Below, piece by piece: positions 39,270 through 52,967 of a stretch of DNA of 64,000 bases (position 1 is its first letter; each line of letters begins with the position of its first letter). The DNA comes from Eledone cirrhosa (lineage: Eukaryota). Below the pieces are notes generated by a model. It made no database searches. It had not been told where the DNA came from and worked only from the letters and a program-made list of their open reading frames with translations. A program made the position numbers and the translations under genes. Location of the stretch: the NCBI GenBank assembly GCA_964016885.1, contig OZ024740.1:186868001-186932000 (forward strand), in the 5' to 3' direction.

Positions 39270-40822
39270 GATGACTTGAAATACAGCTACAGACAGTACA
39301 TGGATTCTGAAAAGAAATTGGCATGAAATTTAGACTAGAAAAATGTGTCAAGGCAACTCTGAAATGAAGAAAACTAGTAGAAAACATTAATAATTTACTA
39401 GATAAAGAACGTGTGATAAGAGAATTAGATCAAACACAGACATACAAATATTTAGGAATCAACTAACTAGACAGGGTTCAACACACACAAATGAAAGAAA
39501 AGATTAGAAAGGAATACTAAATACAGATGAGATAATTACTTAAAACTGATCTAAATGCAAAGAATTAGGTAATTAGCATCAATAATCTAATGATCCCAGT
39601 AATAAGCTACAGTTTTAATATTCTGAACTGGACACTAAAAGAACTAACAGGAATAGAGAGAAAAAAAAGAAAGATAATGCCTGTATTTAGAATACACCAT
39701 CAGAAATCAGATGTAGAAAAAGTATGCCTACCACAAACACAAGGAGGAAATGACCTTATGCAACTGGAAAATTATTATATAATTGGAGGACTAGAAAAAT
39801 ATCTAATGAAAAATAAATGAAAGTTAATATGAATAGCGATGAAGCATGAACAAAATAAAAAGAATAGTTTTCTGTCTTAAAAGAAGCCTACAAATTCAAA
39901 ATAAGCTGCATTGACAGATAATTGTGAGGAACATTAAAACAAAGGAGAAACAACAGAAATTGTGAAAAACAAAATCTAAATTGAAAACAGTCTTCTGGAA
40001 TGCCATGCTAAAATGATAACAAGAAAATCCCTTACATAGCCAATAACAAAAAGCGCTAAGTAGAGAAGAAATAGAGAAGTAAAATTCATAAAACTGGTTA
40101 TGAAGCACTGGATTAAAAGACAAGACTGAAGTATTTCTAATCAGAGCACATGACCAAAGCCACCTCACCCCATCATAAACTCCAATAAGTACATAATGAA
40201 GCAGAAATTGTAACTGCTGAATTTATGGAGGTGGGGAAGAAACAATTAAGTACATTATCACTGGCTACCCAGTATTAGCCAAAACAAGAATATATCCACA
40301 GACATGATAGAGTTAGGATTTACATACACTGGAAATTATGCCATTAGGAATTACCAACAGAATAAAGATGGTTCAGACACATACCAGTAAACCGTGTCAG
40401 AGAGTGACAAACCAGCATATTTTGAGATATGCCAATACATACCAACAGGAAGATCAAAGCCAAGCAACCAGATATTATAGTCAAACATTACTTCTAATTG
40501 ATGTATCAAAAACCACAGATGACAATATATCTAACAAGGAAATGAAGAAATTACCCAAATATAAAAATCTAGAATAGAAATAACCCAAATATGGATGATG
40601 AAAACAGAAACAATATCTATAATAATAGGTGCTCTGGGGATGATAAAAAAACACACACACAGATACATAACCAAAACCCTAGGACTTACAAATATATACA
40701 GCATACACACAATATCACTTCTAGACATATAATGCAAAGAGTAATCTTAATACAATAGAAACAACACCACCAAAATCCACACTGCACATGCCCAGTGATG
40801 AGACGCAATGAAAAAAATATCT
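39270..40822 (+). mobile_element. R4/Dong-clade LINE relic (RT C-half, zinc knuckle region, RLE endonuclease)
   Basis: DDLK..EIGMKFRLEKC..TYKYLGI..IPVISYSFNILNW..HHQKSDVEK..GG..RHDRV..LLIDVS..KYKNL..IIIGALG. Many stops. Bounded by (TAA)n on both sides. Confidence 0.9.
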
Positions 40823-40835
40823 AATAATAATAATA

Positions 40836-41036
40836 TTGGTTTCAGATTTAGGCACAAAGACAGAAATTTTGGAGGAAGGGAAAGTCAATTAAATCGACCC
40901 CAGTGCATGACTCTTATTTCATTTTATCAACATCATAAGGATGAAAGGGAAAGCTAACCTCAGCAGGATTAAACTTAGAACATAAATGGTTGTAACTTTA
41001 TGATCCAAAGCATGTTGTCCAACACTCTACTGCCCT
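40836..41036 (-). mobile_element. SINE family A, older long subtype
   Basis: Includes the ttttggaggaagggaaagtc..atcgacc segment absent from young copies. Confidence 0.8.
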
Positions 41037-41044
41037 ATAATTAT

Positions 41045-43055
41045 AACAGAGCAGAATGGTTGTTGACATGGGACTTACAACTGTAAAGACCAATGTCTTA
41101 TTAACTGAATAATCTTGGAAATCTGTCATAACATGCACAGAGGTTTGAGTACTATGTGGATTGACTATGTGAAATCATTTTGTAGTGTTCCTCACTCATG
41201 GATTTTGAAAACTTTGGATGTTCCAAAAATTAAACTTCCTGAAATATATGTTTCTATGCAATACACATCTATTGTCACACACTGATGACTACAAATTCCA
41301 GCAGTATAACCATTAACTGTGCTATTTTTCAAGGTGATTCATTTTCTCCTTTTATATTTTGCATTGCACTCATTGCTTTTGACTCTAGCACTCAACAATA
41401 AAAAATATGGTTACAAAACAGATGACAAAACCATCAATCATCTGTTTTATATGGATGCATTGAAACTGCATGCCAAAAATGACAGTGAATTGGAAGGACT
41501 GTTGAAGACAATTAAGGTGTTCAGGAATGATGTAGGGGTGGTGTTGGGACAGGAAAAATAAGTAAAGAATATTCAAGAAAGGCAGAATGGCAAGCACAAT
41601 TTTAGTGGAAATAGATGTGGATACATTAATTAAGGAACTGTAACAGGAACAAACCTACACATATCTAGAGATTAATGAAGGCCAAGCTATTCACCATGGC
41701 AGCATGAAAGGGAGACTAAGGAAGAACTGCTACCAGCGAGTATCTGCTGTCTTGAAAACTGAGGTAAATTCAAAGAATAAAATATACGTTAAATATACTC
41801 TTCTGATCCCAGCTGACATCTATTATTTCAAAATCATAAATTGGAAGATTAATGGACTAAAGAAAATGGACTCCAACATAAGAAACTTCTGACCTGTAAT
41901 AAACTACATCACGCCAAAGCAGATGTGGATCACTTCTATCTCATTAGATGAAAGAGAGTTAGAAGAATGTTCTAGCTTGAGATATCATGCAGAATATCAA
42001 CCATTGGACTCAAACAATACCTTTAAACTACAAATGAGTGGATGCTGAAAATCGTTGCAGATTATGAAAGGAAGAAGTATGTACATTCAATCAGGAAGGA
42101 AAGTAGGAATTTTGCGGAAGGACCGTCTATATATTTTGAAAATGATGGCAATTGTGTAATTAAAGCTACAAAGAATAACAAAATGTTGGTGAAAAGTGAA
42201 GGTCAATGGAAATTGTGTATTAAATGGAAAATGAAAACAATGGTATAGGCAGTATGTTCCCTGTAGCAAAGAATCTGATGTAGATCTAACTTACACCCAC
42301 CAGTAAGTCTCTTTCAGCATGCAAATTTCAAGTCAAAATTATCAGAAATGAATTTAACCAAAAGCATCGATTTTGTGATGAGCAGGTTGAGACATATTGA
42401 GCAGCTAGTTTCAGGCTGCAAAGTATTATCTCCATAGGAGTATAAAATTAGGAATGTTTGAGTAGGACATTATTTATAATGGGTAATATGCAGGTTTTAG
42501 GGCATGAAACAATGGAAAAAGGGTAGGACCATCAAGCAGCTGCAGTCACATGAGACAAGAATGTGAACACCAACAAACCGTCAAGGCCTGATAAAATTGT
42601 GAAGGACCATAAAAAGAAAACATGCTTTTTAATTAACATTAGAATTCCATCAGATCATAACATCATCCGGAAAGTGTCCCAAAAGCTCAGTAAATATAAA
42701 GATCTGATAATTGAAATTGAGAAAATGTGGTATTTTAAATCCTGTACAATGCCAGTGAAAGTCAATGCACTTAGAATGATAAAAAGGAGAAGAGAAAAAT
42801 ATTTAGAAGATACTTGGGAAGCCATCTTTGCAAGCAAAAGGGAAAATAGAGCTGACTGGCACTGCCCATGTCCTGAGAAGGGCTTTATCAATTTAAATAC
42901 CTTTCAAAGACGGTTTACTGTTTTCTTTAGCCCTTTATGACATCATTTGTATGCCAATTGATTGTTAATTGTATATATTACCACATTTTGCCTCAGGTGT
43001 CAGATTTTCAGACAGCATGATATGGGAAAGAAACAGAATTGAAAGGAAGTTATAA
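41045..43055 (+). mobile_element. Second R4/Dong-clade LINE relic
   Basis: INHLFYMDALKLHAKN (YMDD motif decayed), VLKTEVNSKNK, HHAKADVD, RPDKIVKD..CFLIN..KLSKYKDL.IEIEKMW, with an (ATA)n 3' end. Confidence 0.9.
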
Positions 43056-43061
43056 TAATAA

Positions 43062-43632
43062 TGTGGCACACCAGCCAATACATAAAGATGGCAGTGAAAG
43101 GATACAGCTAACACCAAGATAACATTGTAAAAAATCATTCATTAACAGTTATGTGGAAAATAAGGCCTTGAAAGAGCAAGCCAGTGGTATGAGCACAAAC
43201 CAGAAGGCATTTAAGATTCTATGGGACTTTATGGTCCAATGTGATCAGGAAATTGAACATTGCAAACCTGATGAACAAAATTAACAAACAATGTTTGATT
43301 CTGGATGTGGCTTGTTCCACTGACAATAAGGTTTGTGACAAAGAATTGAAGAAGGTTGAGAGATATGAACCACTAGCAAGGGAGATAAAACATTTGTGGG
43401 CAATGAAAAAGGTTGAGATGATCCCAGTTTTAGTCAGAGCACTTAGTAATGTGAGTACCAGAATTGATATATATTAAAAATAAAATTGAGCCAATATCAG
43501 GGTGGAGCACTTACATGAAACAACATTCCTTGGATCTGCTGAGATACTCAGAAAAGTGCTTAACAATTGAAGGTGCCACCTCAGTTGTGAACAGTTGGCA
43601 CCAGAATTACATCACCGGCAACAAATCATTAT
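43062..43632 (+). mobile_element. Third R4/Dong relic (RLE endonuclease end only)
   Basis: KILWDFMVQCD..KPD..CLILDVAC..KELKKVERYEPLAREIKHLW..IPVLVRAL. Confidence 0.85.
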
Positions 43633-43639
43633 TATGATA

Positions 43640-44012
43640 ATAATTGTTTTTACTTTTGGCACAAGGCCAGCAATTATCCCAGTACATTACTGGTACTTTA
43701 TTTTATCAACCTCGTAAGGATGAAAGGAAAAGTTAACCTCGGCGGGATTTGAACTCAGACTGTAAAGGGTCGCACCTATATGGCATCTGACCTTCTACCG
43801 ATACTGCCAATCTACCACCCTAATAATAATAATTGTTTTTACTTGAGGCACAAGGCCAGCAATTTGAAGGGGAGGGGAAAATCAATTTAAATCTTCCACA
43901 GTACTTGTTTGGTTCTTTATTTTATTGGCCTGGAAAGATGAAAGGCAAATTTAACCCTGGTGGGTCTGGAACTCAAAATATAAAGAACCAGAACAAGTAG
44001 TACTAAACATTT
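43640..44012 (-). mobile_element. Two adjacent SINE family A copies (young short subtype plus older long subtype)
   Basis: Tails at about 43643 and 43833. The first copy is near consensus. Confidence 0.85.
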
Positions 44013-44057
44013 TCCTCAATGCATTTCCAACAACAACAACAATAAAAATATATATAT

Positions 44058-44880
44058 TGTAAGTAGACAAGAAAACAGAACCCAGATCCCCTCAAGGAAA
44101 TGGCCTTGCTCAGTATGTAGGAAATGTGTAGGTAGGAACTCCATTCTCTGCCCCAAATGCAAACAATGGGTACACAAGAGATGTAGTGGGATCTCAGGAA
44201 ACTTAACTAAGAATGTAGGTGTCACATGTAGCAGCTGTGCTGGGACAGGAAGCAGCAACAATCCACAGGAAACAAGTACCACCAAACTCTGGGAGGGCTC
44301 TGTAGAAACAGTAGACAGCTTCTGCTACCTAGGTGACCGAATTAGCAGCAGAGGTGGGTGTTCGGAAAGTACAATAACTAGGGTAAGAACGGGATGGAAG
44401 AAGTTCAGGGAGCTACTCCCACTGCTAGCTGCAAAAGGCTTTTCCCTCAAAATGAAAGGCAGACTATATGATGCATGTATACGAACAGCAATGTTACATA
44501 GTAGTGAGACCTGGGCGCTGAAGGTGGAAGACTAATGTAGATTAGAAAGAAACGAAGCCTGCATGCTCCAATAGATGTGTAATAGTAATATGCGTGAACG
44601 GCAAAGCATAATTGAATTGAGAGAGAGACTGAGCATAAGAGGAATCAAATGCAGTGTGCAGGAGAGGCGGTTGCATTGGTATGGACATGTGATGCGTATG
44701 AAGGATGACAGCTGCATAAAAAGGTGCAGAGTACTAGAAGTCGATGGAAACCACTGAGTGGGGAGACCCAAGAAGACCTGGGATGAGGTGATAAAAGCCA
44801 ACCTTACCCAATTACACCTTTCAAAGGTGATGACACATGACTGTGACCTCTGGCGTCACATAGTAATACTGAAGTCCCAA
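44058..44880 (+). mobile_element. RTE-clade LINE fragment with intact PHD-type finger
   Basis: PSRKWPCSVCRKCVGRNSILCPKCKQWVHKRCSGISGNLTKNVGVTCSSCAG..VDSFCYLGD..GWKKFRELLPLL..SETW..RLHWYGHVMRM..GRPKKTW. Confidence 0.93.
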
Positions 44881-44939
44881 CCCCCCACGGGTACAAGCCA
44901 AAGCTGAAGCATATAGACAATATGCCCCACACCCTCCCA

Positions 44940-45263
44940 TTGCAAAGTGGTCATGGAGGTGCCATGGCAAAAAAGCACCCAGCCCACACTGTAAAGTAGG
45001 TGTGTAGGCGCCATGGAAAAGAAGCACGCAGCACTCACTGTAAATGAGGTTGGTGTTAGGAAGGGCATCCAGCTGTAGAAATCAAGCCAGATTCAGTTCC
45101 CGTATGAGCAAGCAAGGTCAGCCGACCGGACACTACCTACAACAGGACAACCCGTCTAACTCATGCTAGCGTGGAAGAACGGACGTAAAAGGGTGATGAT
45201 GATGATGATGATATATAACCCATGCTAGCGTGGAAGATGGGCGTTAAATGAAGATGATGATGA
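44940..45263 (+). mobile_element. RTE-tailed SINE (family C) with duplicated tail
   Basis: ggttggtgttaggaagggcatccagctgtagaaa core. The catgctagcgtggaaga..cgt.aaa..gatgatgat tail occurs twice. Confidence 0.75.
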
Positions 45264-47262
45264 TATATATGAATAAATTTGAATCTAAATTCAATAAGAA
45301 AAGTTCACTTTTATATGGAATCTCAATTCGAATTTGAATATCTATTTCAGATTTCTATCCCTATCTTTAGTTGGGCATTGATTTATTGAATTGATACAGT
45401 TTATTAATTATTTGAAATTTCAAAAGAAAAAAGAGATTTAATTAAAAAAATATTGAATTGATACTTCTCCTCTGCCAGCATTCCTATCTCTTTTAATAAT
45501 ATGAGGAATTGGCAGAATTATCAGAATATATGACAAAATGCTTTGCAGTAGTTGTCACTCCTCTCAGTATTCTGAGTTAAAACCTCAGCTTTCATTTTCT
45601 TGTGGTTGATAAATTAAAGGAACAGCCGAGGATGGAGGATTAGCAGAATTGTTTTAGTATTAGATGAGATGCCATTTGGCATTTGTTCTGAATTGTTATA
45701 TTTTCATTTGAAATCCTTCTGTGACCTACATGATTAGGAGATATAATCCATTACCCAGCTTAACACCAGTACCTTGGCTTTGGGTACATTTAGCAGAGCT
45801 TACTTTTGCAAGCATTTGGGCCAGGCATCCAATTTGAGTATACCTTTCTCTCTCCCTCTTTCTGATCTTGGAGGCTCTAAAAAGGGTCATGGGCACTGAT
45901 ATTCCCTCTCTGACTAAATAATAAAAAATTATTTTTAACTAAACAAAAATAAAAACAGAAGTGTTGATAATTTCTGACAAAGATTCAAAATAATTTGCTA
46001 TTTCAATGCTTGGAGGACCTTTGTCTCTCCCTATTCTTATCAATACCTTAAATTCATTTACATTCATAATGTAATTCTTAAAGGCCCTTAACTCCTGATG
46101 TAGTCATAAGGATGCAGTTGTGAAACACATCTTATGTATTTTTAACCTGGTGGAGACCATCCCTTTCCATAGTTGATTTCTTCCAGAGAAAGAAAGTAAG
46201 AGAGAGAGGGAAATAGTAAGATAGAGGAGGAATCGACACAGGAACTGAACTAATATTTTATTTATTGATCTCAAAAGGATGAAAGTCAAAGATGACTTTG
46301 GCAGGTTTGAACTTGGAGCACAGAGAGCTGGAACAAATAACGAGGCATTTTAAATCCAATGTCCTAACAGCTCTTATCATTCTCTGGCTTTCATTCTGTA
46401 ATACAGCAAAGTAAATCTCAAAAATTTCTGAATTATTCCTAAAGCATTCTATAGAGCTCTACTAAACCAATCGATTTATATAGGTTTTGTGTAATGTGAA
46501 GAACGTCATATTAAATAAAGATAAGTAAGATTTATAACTATAACCAATACTAATACTGAAGAATATATTTTATGACCTCTGTTACTTTTTATAAAAGTAT
46601 ATTAATTTCATAAGTTCTAACTTTCTAACTACAATGAACAGCTGAAGTTACAATAAAAACAATAAAATATAACATGAATGTTTCATTTCATGTTTATATA
46701 AAACAGAATTCAAAACATACGCTTGTGTGTGTGTCTAGAGAAGGACATATGTGTGTATGTATGTATGTAATACATTAATATTCAATAAGCATTGTTTCCC
46801 AAAACTAAAATTGTATTCATTTTTCTTTTTCTATTTCATCTCAATGGTAAGTTTAATTCTAACATGTGATGAGAGAGAGAAGGGGGGGGGGGATGATAGA
46901 TGAAACAAAAGAAGGAGCAAAAGAAAAACAATAAACCTGGTTAAAAAGAGACAAAGATTTAGAAATTTAACTTGATATATAATCATGAACAAAAATTATA
47001 TTAATATTTAGATGAATGGAAATAAGTTTAGGAATTAAAGTATAGAGAACTGAAAAATATCTCTGATAATTTCCTTTGAAATATTATTTATGCTGTAATT
47101 TCATTAGGATTTCATGTGGGTTTTCCAGACTATTAACCTAATCATTGCATGTTTTGTTGATATTGTAGTCATTGCTTAGCCCCAGGTCAGCTTTGATTGA
47201 AGTAATCCATTTCAGCCAAGACCATTACGTCCTTCTTTCAGAAATTGCATATGAAAGACGAT

Positions 47263-47445
47263 ATTATCTTATAGATGGTCAGATGCCATGCTTCGCAGCA
47301 TAGAGTTACGGCCCTTTACAGACTGAGTTCAAATCCGGCTGACGTTAACTTTGCCTTTCATCCTTACGGGGTCGATAAAATAAAGCATCAGTAATGGACT
47401 GGGATAATTGCTGGCCTTGTGCCAAAAGTAGAAACAATTATCTTA
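47263..47445 (+). mobile_element. SINE family A, 5'-truncated, with 9-bp TSD
   Basis: TSD ATTATCTTA at 47263-47271 and 47437-47445. Confidence 0.88.
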
Positions 47446-47819
47446 CAGTATCCGCTCCAGTTATATAAAAGGTGGATTGTAATTCAAGGGAGAGTTCGCT
47501 GCTTCATCTAGCAGGTTGACTAACTGAATAGAAGCTCTCTGCTGCTATTCTGTGTGTGTATGTTGTTTATTCCTCTATGTGTGTGCATGTATGTATATGG
47601 GTGTGTACATTTTGGCCACAGTTGAACTTTGAAGCAAATTTTGCTCCGGGATCAGCGTTTCAAAATGGCTGTCAGACTGAGTCTCCCTGGGATTTAATTT
47701 AACAGTATGTGTACCTATTGAATACTCACTCAGTTGAACATTAATTTAATAAGTAGGACATTCTACTGACTAAACAACTAAAACATTCACCATCGAAACT
47801 AACAAAAGTCTATTTATCT

Positions 47820-48190
47820 TATTTTTTATGTTTAATGTCCATATCCAAAATCCAATATTCAAATCCAGGCCATTCTCATTCCTGGGTTACCCCCCTTGCT
47901 TTCTATCTCTTGTCATATCAGGTCAGATCGTCATGCCATCTTACCTTTGGCCATCCTCTGGCTCTTCTCCACTGGTTCTTCATTCTGTCACTAACAGTCC
48001 ACCTGTTGTCTCTGAGACAAGAGACGTGGCCAGCCAATCTATGTTTACACTTTTGGAATGTCTCAATTTTCCTTCACTCCAGTCTGCTGTCGAAATCAGT
48101 TGTTTCTTCCCGTCCATATATTTATTGCTTAAAGTTTCATACCAATCAAATATTCTTCAGCTAGAATTTCAATTAAGAATGTTTTAAATA
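47820..48190 (-). mobile_element. RTE-type LINE 3' fragment
   Basis: The minus strand gives KHRLAGHVSCLRDNRWT..RRARGWPKVRWHDDL. Confidence 0.75.
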
Positions 48191-48929
48191 ATACAGAAAG
48201 AGGTTCAGTGAAGATATTGTTGTTGTTTATCTCCAAGTCAGTACTGATTGAGCAGACTTATGATAAAAGGCATTGCAGCCATACCCATCTCACCTGTTTA
48301 GAGGTCTCCAAGACTACATTTAATATCTTGTTTCCATATTTATGATGGACATTTGGCAGCTATTTGTAGCATATTGAGTAGCCATATAGAATCACCCTCT
48401 CATTTGTTTATGGGAAGTATAAGTATTTAGATACTCTGTAACATTGCATCTTCTAGATGAAAATCATAATTATTGAAATGGATAAATGCACCATTAATGA
48501 TTTCACATTCACAGAGCAAATTTAGTAGACTGTATATATCAAGATAAAAGGCAAAGCAGAATAATTTTCAAAGTAGTAGATAGACACATATTCTTAGTAA
48601 TTACAGAACATATATAAAGAGAAGTTAATAGAAGATTTCAAATATAAAGTATGAATAAAGAAAAGTCAAACAATGATGTACGGTAATACTAAGTCAATCC
48701 ATGGAAAAGTTGGAACAAGCTAACTTTACAATATTTCTAATGAAAGACACTGCCTATAACTCTGAAAACAATCAAGAACTTGGAGAGATTTAGTAATACA
48801 ACTAACTTTCTCATTGTTAAGTTGGTGTTTAGAGTAAATAACTTCAAAGTTCTTACATAAAATTATGATAGAATGATTTTAGATAGATATAATCTCCCTA
48901 GTGTTGGTGATTTGATAAATGCACCAAAT

Positions 48930-49450
48930 ACACTATATAAAGTGGATGATGTGAAGAAGGGCATCTAGTCATAGAAAACCTGCTAAATAAAGAGTCAAGA
49001 GAAATAATCAGCTACGTCAAAGACATGAAAACCCCTCGTGTTGGAGATGTATGTGGTAAACACACCGAGTACACTCTGTGTATTGGTTGGTAATAAGGAG
49101 GGGATCCAGCAATAGAAAACCTGCCAAACAAAGGGTTGGGACAACACTTTAAATACATGACAACATCACTAATGCTGGTGTCATGATAAAATTTACTCAA
49201 TATTGCATGAAAGGATATGTGAGTCACAGAGCGCCAACCCATCTGAGCACTTGGAAGACTGCAGGCACATAAGCAAAATGCAGACTACTGACCCACCATA
49301 GGGTCAGTCCTTTCTTCCCTGAGTACCAACCCAGTCTACTGACAACCTGTACAACACTAGCTAGCAGGAACAATGGACATTAAACAATGATTATGATGAT
49401 GATCCATCCAATCCTTGCCAGCAAGGAAAACAGATGATGAAGATGATGAG
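48930..49450 (+). mobile_element. RTE-tailed SINE (family C), rearranged, with doubled tail
   Basis: gaagggcatctagtcatagaaaacc and gggatccagcaatagaaaacc cores, followed by two tails ending in (GAT)n. Confidence 0.6.
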
Positions 49451-49559
49451 GATGAGAATAATGATCTCTATAAAATAAAAACTTTATATCATAGGAACAG
49501 GGTTATTTTCAGGCAGTTTGATAATGAAAAGATTAATATCCAAGTTCCTGTAAGAGAAA

Positions 49560-50240
49560 TATACCAGATATTAAGCTGATAAGAAGAGATACTACACTTT
49601 GAACTAAACCAAAAAGCCTTTCAAAAGAAAAAAAAATGATTGAAGAGGAAAGACAGAAATGTTGTTGCAGGGGCAATCTTTCAGGGCAATGCAAAAGATT
49701 TAAAATAAAATAAAATAAAAATAGACCTATAGATTTTACTGAAAGGTGTAGGGCTCAAATGGGAAAGAGAAACCTTTATCATAGCTGTGTAAGGAAGTGC
49801 AAACAACTAGAAGAAACTATGTTAAAACAAAAATTGGCAGAAGCCAGCAAGATAGTAAATTTTCAATATGTAGCATACTAGAGCAAAGTATAATCTAGTG
49901 CAAGAATATTGAAAGATGTTATAAAAAGAATATAAAAGGAGACATGACAGGTTATAGGAAAAGTTCTATATTGATGTTAGTTGGAAATTTAGAAGTGAAA
50001 GGAGATTTAAAAAAAAAATCATACCATTATCAGCTAGAAGCGGTTTTGAAACTATTGTAAGATCCTGTGGGATATCTTAGTGCAAACTGATTACATAATA
50101 GGGCCACAAAGACTGGATGTGATTGTATTAGAAACAAAAGGTAAAAGAAAAAAATGTTGTATTCAAGGTTACAAATTTTATTGTGATAACAGAGGTGTTG
50201 GAAAGAAAAGTATAACTGTCAAGTATGCATAGATTCGTTC
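49560..50240 (+). mobile_element. Old R4/Dong-like relic
   Basis: KILWDI..VQTDYIIGPQRLDVIVLE around 50058-50135 resembles the RLE PD region of the other R4 relics. Confidence 0.55.
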
Positions 50241-50669
50241 TGAAAACTGATAAACTCTGAGTAAAATGTGAGTAAAATTTATTTCTGTTATCATAGAAAT
50301 AACACCAGCCAGAACAGATTCTCTCATTCCTTTAGTCATTTGACTACAGTCATGCTGGAGCAATATCTTAAAGTGTTTTAGTCGAACACATTAATTCCTC
50401 TACTTATTTTATCTCTATTCACCAAATGGCTAGGTTTATCATTTTGGTATTAAAAAAAGTAACTCAACACTCAAATTTAAACAAACAGGCATCTGCACAG
50501 ACAAATATATATCATCATAATTATATCTGTTTTGAAAATTAAAGGCTACACCTTGTAGAGCTTTTCAGTTTAAGAGAAGCATCATCAAATAACAATTCTT
50601 TGAGTCCTATATTTTTTTTATTTTCAGAGTAACATAATTAGTTCTTGAACTAACATTTTGAATTATATA

Positions 50670-50825
50670 TCATCATCATCATCATCATCGTTTAACGTCT
50701 ATGTTCCACGCTTGCATGGGTTTGGATGGGAGTTTTCCCACTTGAGGCAAGAGTGGTTGTCTTGCTCGCATAGGACTGTCTGGCGGGTTTTCTACAGCTG
50801 GATGCCCTTCCTAACACCAACAACA
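50670..50825 (-). mobile_element. RTE-tailed SINE (family C) 3' part
   Basis: (CAT)n-cgtttaacgtc..cttgcatgggtt..tttctacagctggatgcccttcctaacaccaa. Confidence 0.75.
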
Positions 50826-50889
50826 TTTACAGATATATGTATATCTGTGTGTGTGTGTGTATATATATGTGTGTGTGTGTGTATATGTG

Positions 50890-50953
<64 letters not shown>

Positions 50954-50954
50954 T

Positions 50955-51150
50955 GTGAAGGCATGTGGCTGGATTCACAATCTTGACGTTATGAGTTCGA
51001 TTCCCGGTCCAGGTAATACGTTATGTCCTTGAGTAAGATACTTTATTTCATGTTGCTCCTTCTACCTGCAGTTATGACCGATAGATAGTATTAGCAATTG
51101 GAAAGATGGACGGAAACATTGTTTCCTCGGTCCAATTTGATGAAAGTCAA
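50955..51150 (+). mobile_element. SINE family B
   Basis: Box B GAGTTCGATTCC followed by tgtccttgagtaagatactttatttcatgttgctcc. Confidence 0.7.
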
Positions 51151-52747
51151 TCTATATGCATATCATCATCATCGTTTAATATCCATTTTCCAAGCTAGCG
51201 TGTGTGTGTGTGTGTATGATGATATGAAGGTCATCTGCTCTATTCAAAGCTTGACCATTTCTTGTACTTTATGTCTGTTCTTTCCTGGTATGAGATCTTA
51301 AATGGCTTTTGAGTCCTGAAAACCTGTGAAACACCCATCCACAAATAATACAATGATGTCTTATTTCATTCTTGTTTCCCCTCTGGGTTTGCTTATTGTG
51401 CATGTTCAGATATCGCTTCAATCCACCACCTGTGCTGTGTGGTTTGGTATGGAATATCTAAAGTTGGGAGAGTACTTAATCTATAGAAAGAGTTTGTAGT
51501 ATATAGATATTTAATCCAAAATCTATGGTGTTATTTAGGTACAAATGCTTATCTAGTTGTCTGAAATAGATGGCCAGAGAAATAATTGGACCTAAATGAC
51601 ATCATATTTAGTGCAATAAATATGTGTGTGTATGTGATTGTGTGAATGTATGATGGGTTTCCATACCTATGAAGTTTCTCTCATAAGATAAGCTAATGTT
51701 ACAGTGCCACACAATGAGATCAAATCTGGAATCATTTTATGCAATAGAAAACAAGTTTTTTATTGCTTAAAATGTTTAGACACATAGCAGGAGACCATGT
51801 AACTTGGATAGCAGAAGTGAGGAAAATTACAGCTTCTACTTAACCCAAGAAACCTTTTCAATATCCTTTAGAATTGTTAGAACATTTTATAGAATGGATC
51901 CTTTGAGGACCCCTTTTGAAATCAACTTGTTTGAGATTATCTCTGTTTTAAGGATACAAAACTTCTTGCTTTTAAAGTATTCATATTTAAATTAAAATCA
52001 CCAACCATTATTATGCAACAAGCTTTTGTTAATTTATGTTACAAACACCTACTTAATAATGACAAAGTAATTTTATTAAATCATTGTAAATTGATAATTA
52101 TTTTTAAAATTAATTGAAACACATTGGCAATTAATAATTTACATTATCAAGAATTATAAATGTAACAATAAAGAGTTAAACAAGATGTTAATCTTACTAC
52201 TACAAAAATGGTGATGGATAGGCAGAATTGGTAGACTGTTGAATAAGATGCCATTGCACTATTTGTTTTTGGCCCTTTATGTTCTGAGTTCACTATCCCA
52301 CTAAGATATACTTCTGAGATTAATAAAATAAAGTACCAGTCAAGTCTTGGGCCCAATATAATCGACATTCCTCTTCTCACAAGTTGTTAGCCTTGTACCA
52401 AAATTAGACATTTATATTACTAGTACTAGTACTACTGCTACAACTACTGCTGCTGCTGCTATAGAAGTAACTATTTTTTGTAACATGGGCACAATAATGG
52501 GAAGATGGAATAATCAATTACATTGGACCTAGTAGTTGATTGAAACTTATTTTATTAACTATTAGGAAAATGAAAGGCAATGTTGACCTTAGTTATGACT
52601 CGAACTAAAAATATTGATAACTAAATTCTGCAAAGCATTTGCTCATGTCCTCTACTAATTTTGCTATCCACTATCTTTTATTATAGTGAATTCTAGGGTG
52701 GGTGGTGTATTGGTAGAATGGTTAGAGTATTGGCTAAAATGCTTTGC

Positions 52748-52967
52748 ATTATTTAGTTCCTGTAGGGCGGTGGATTGACAGTGTCGGTAGAGGGTCAGAT
52801 GCCATGCTTTGACGTATATAGTTACGGCCCTTGTCATTCTGAGTTCAAATCCCGCCGAGGTTAACTTTGCCTTTCATCCTTACAGGGTCGATAAAATAAA
52901 GTACCAGTAATGTACTGGGTAATTACTGGCCTTGTGCCAAAAGTAAAAACAATTATTTAGTTCCTGT
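52748..52967 (+). mobile_element. Full-length SINE family A with 16-bp TSD, nested in an older family A copy (about 52700-53045)
   Basis: TSD ATTATTTAGTTCCTGT at 52748-52763 and 52952-52967. The flanks rejoin into ttggtagaatggttagag..atgctttgc..tacattc..gttcaaatc. Confidence 0.92.
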
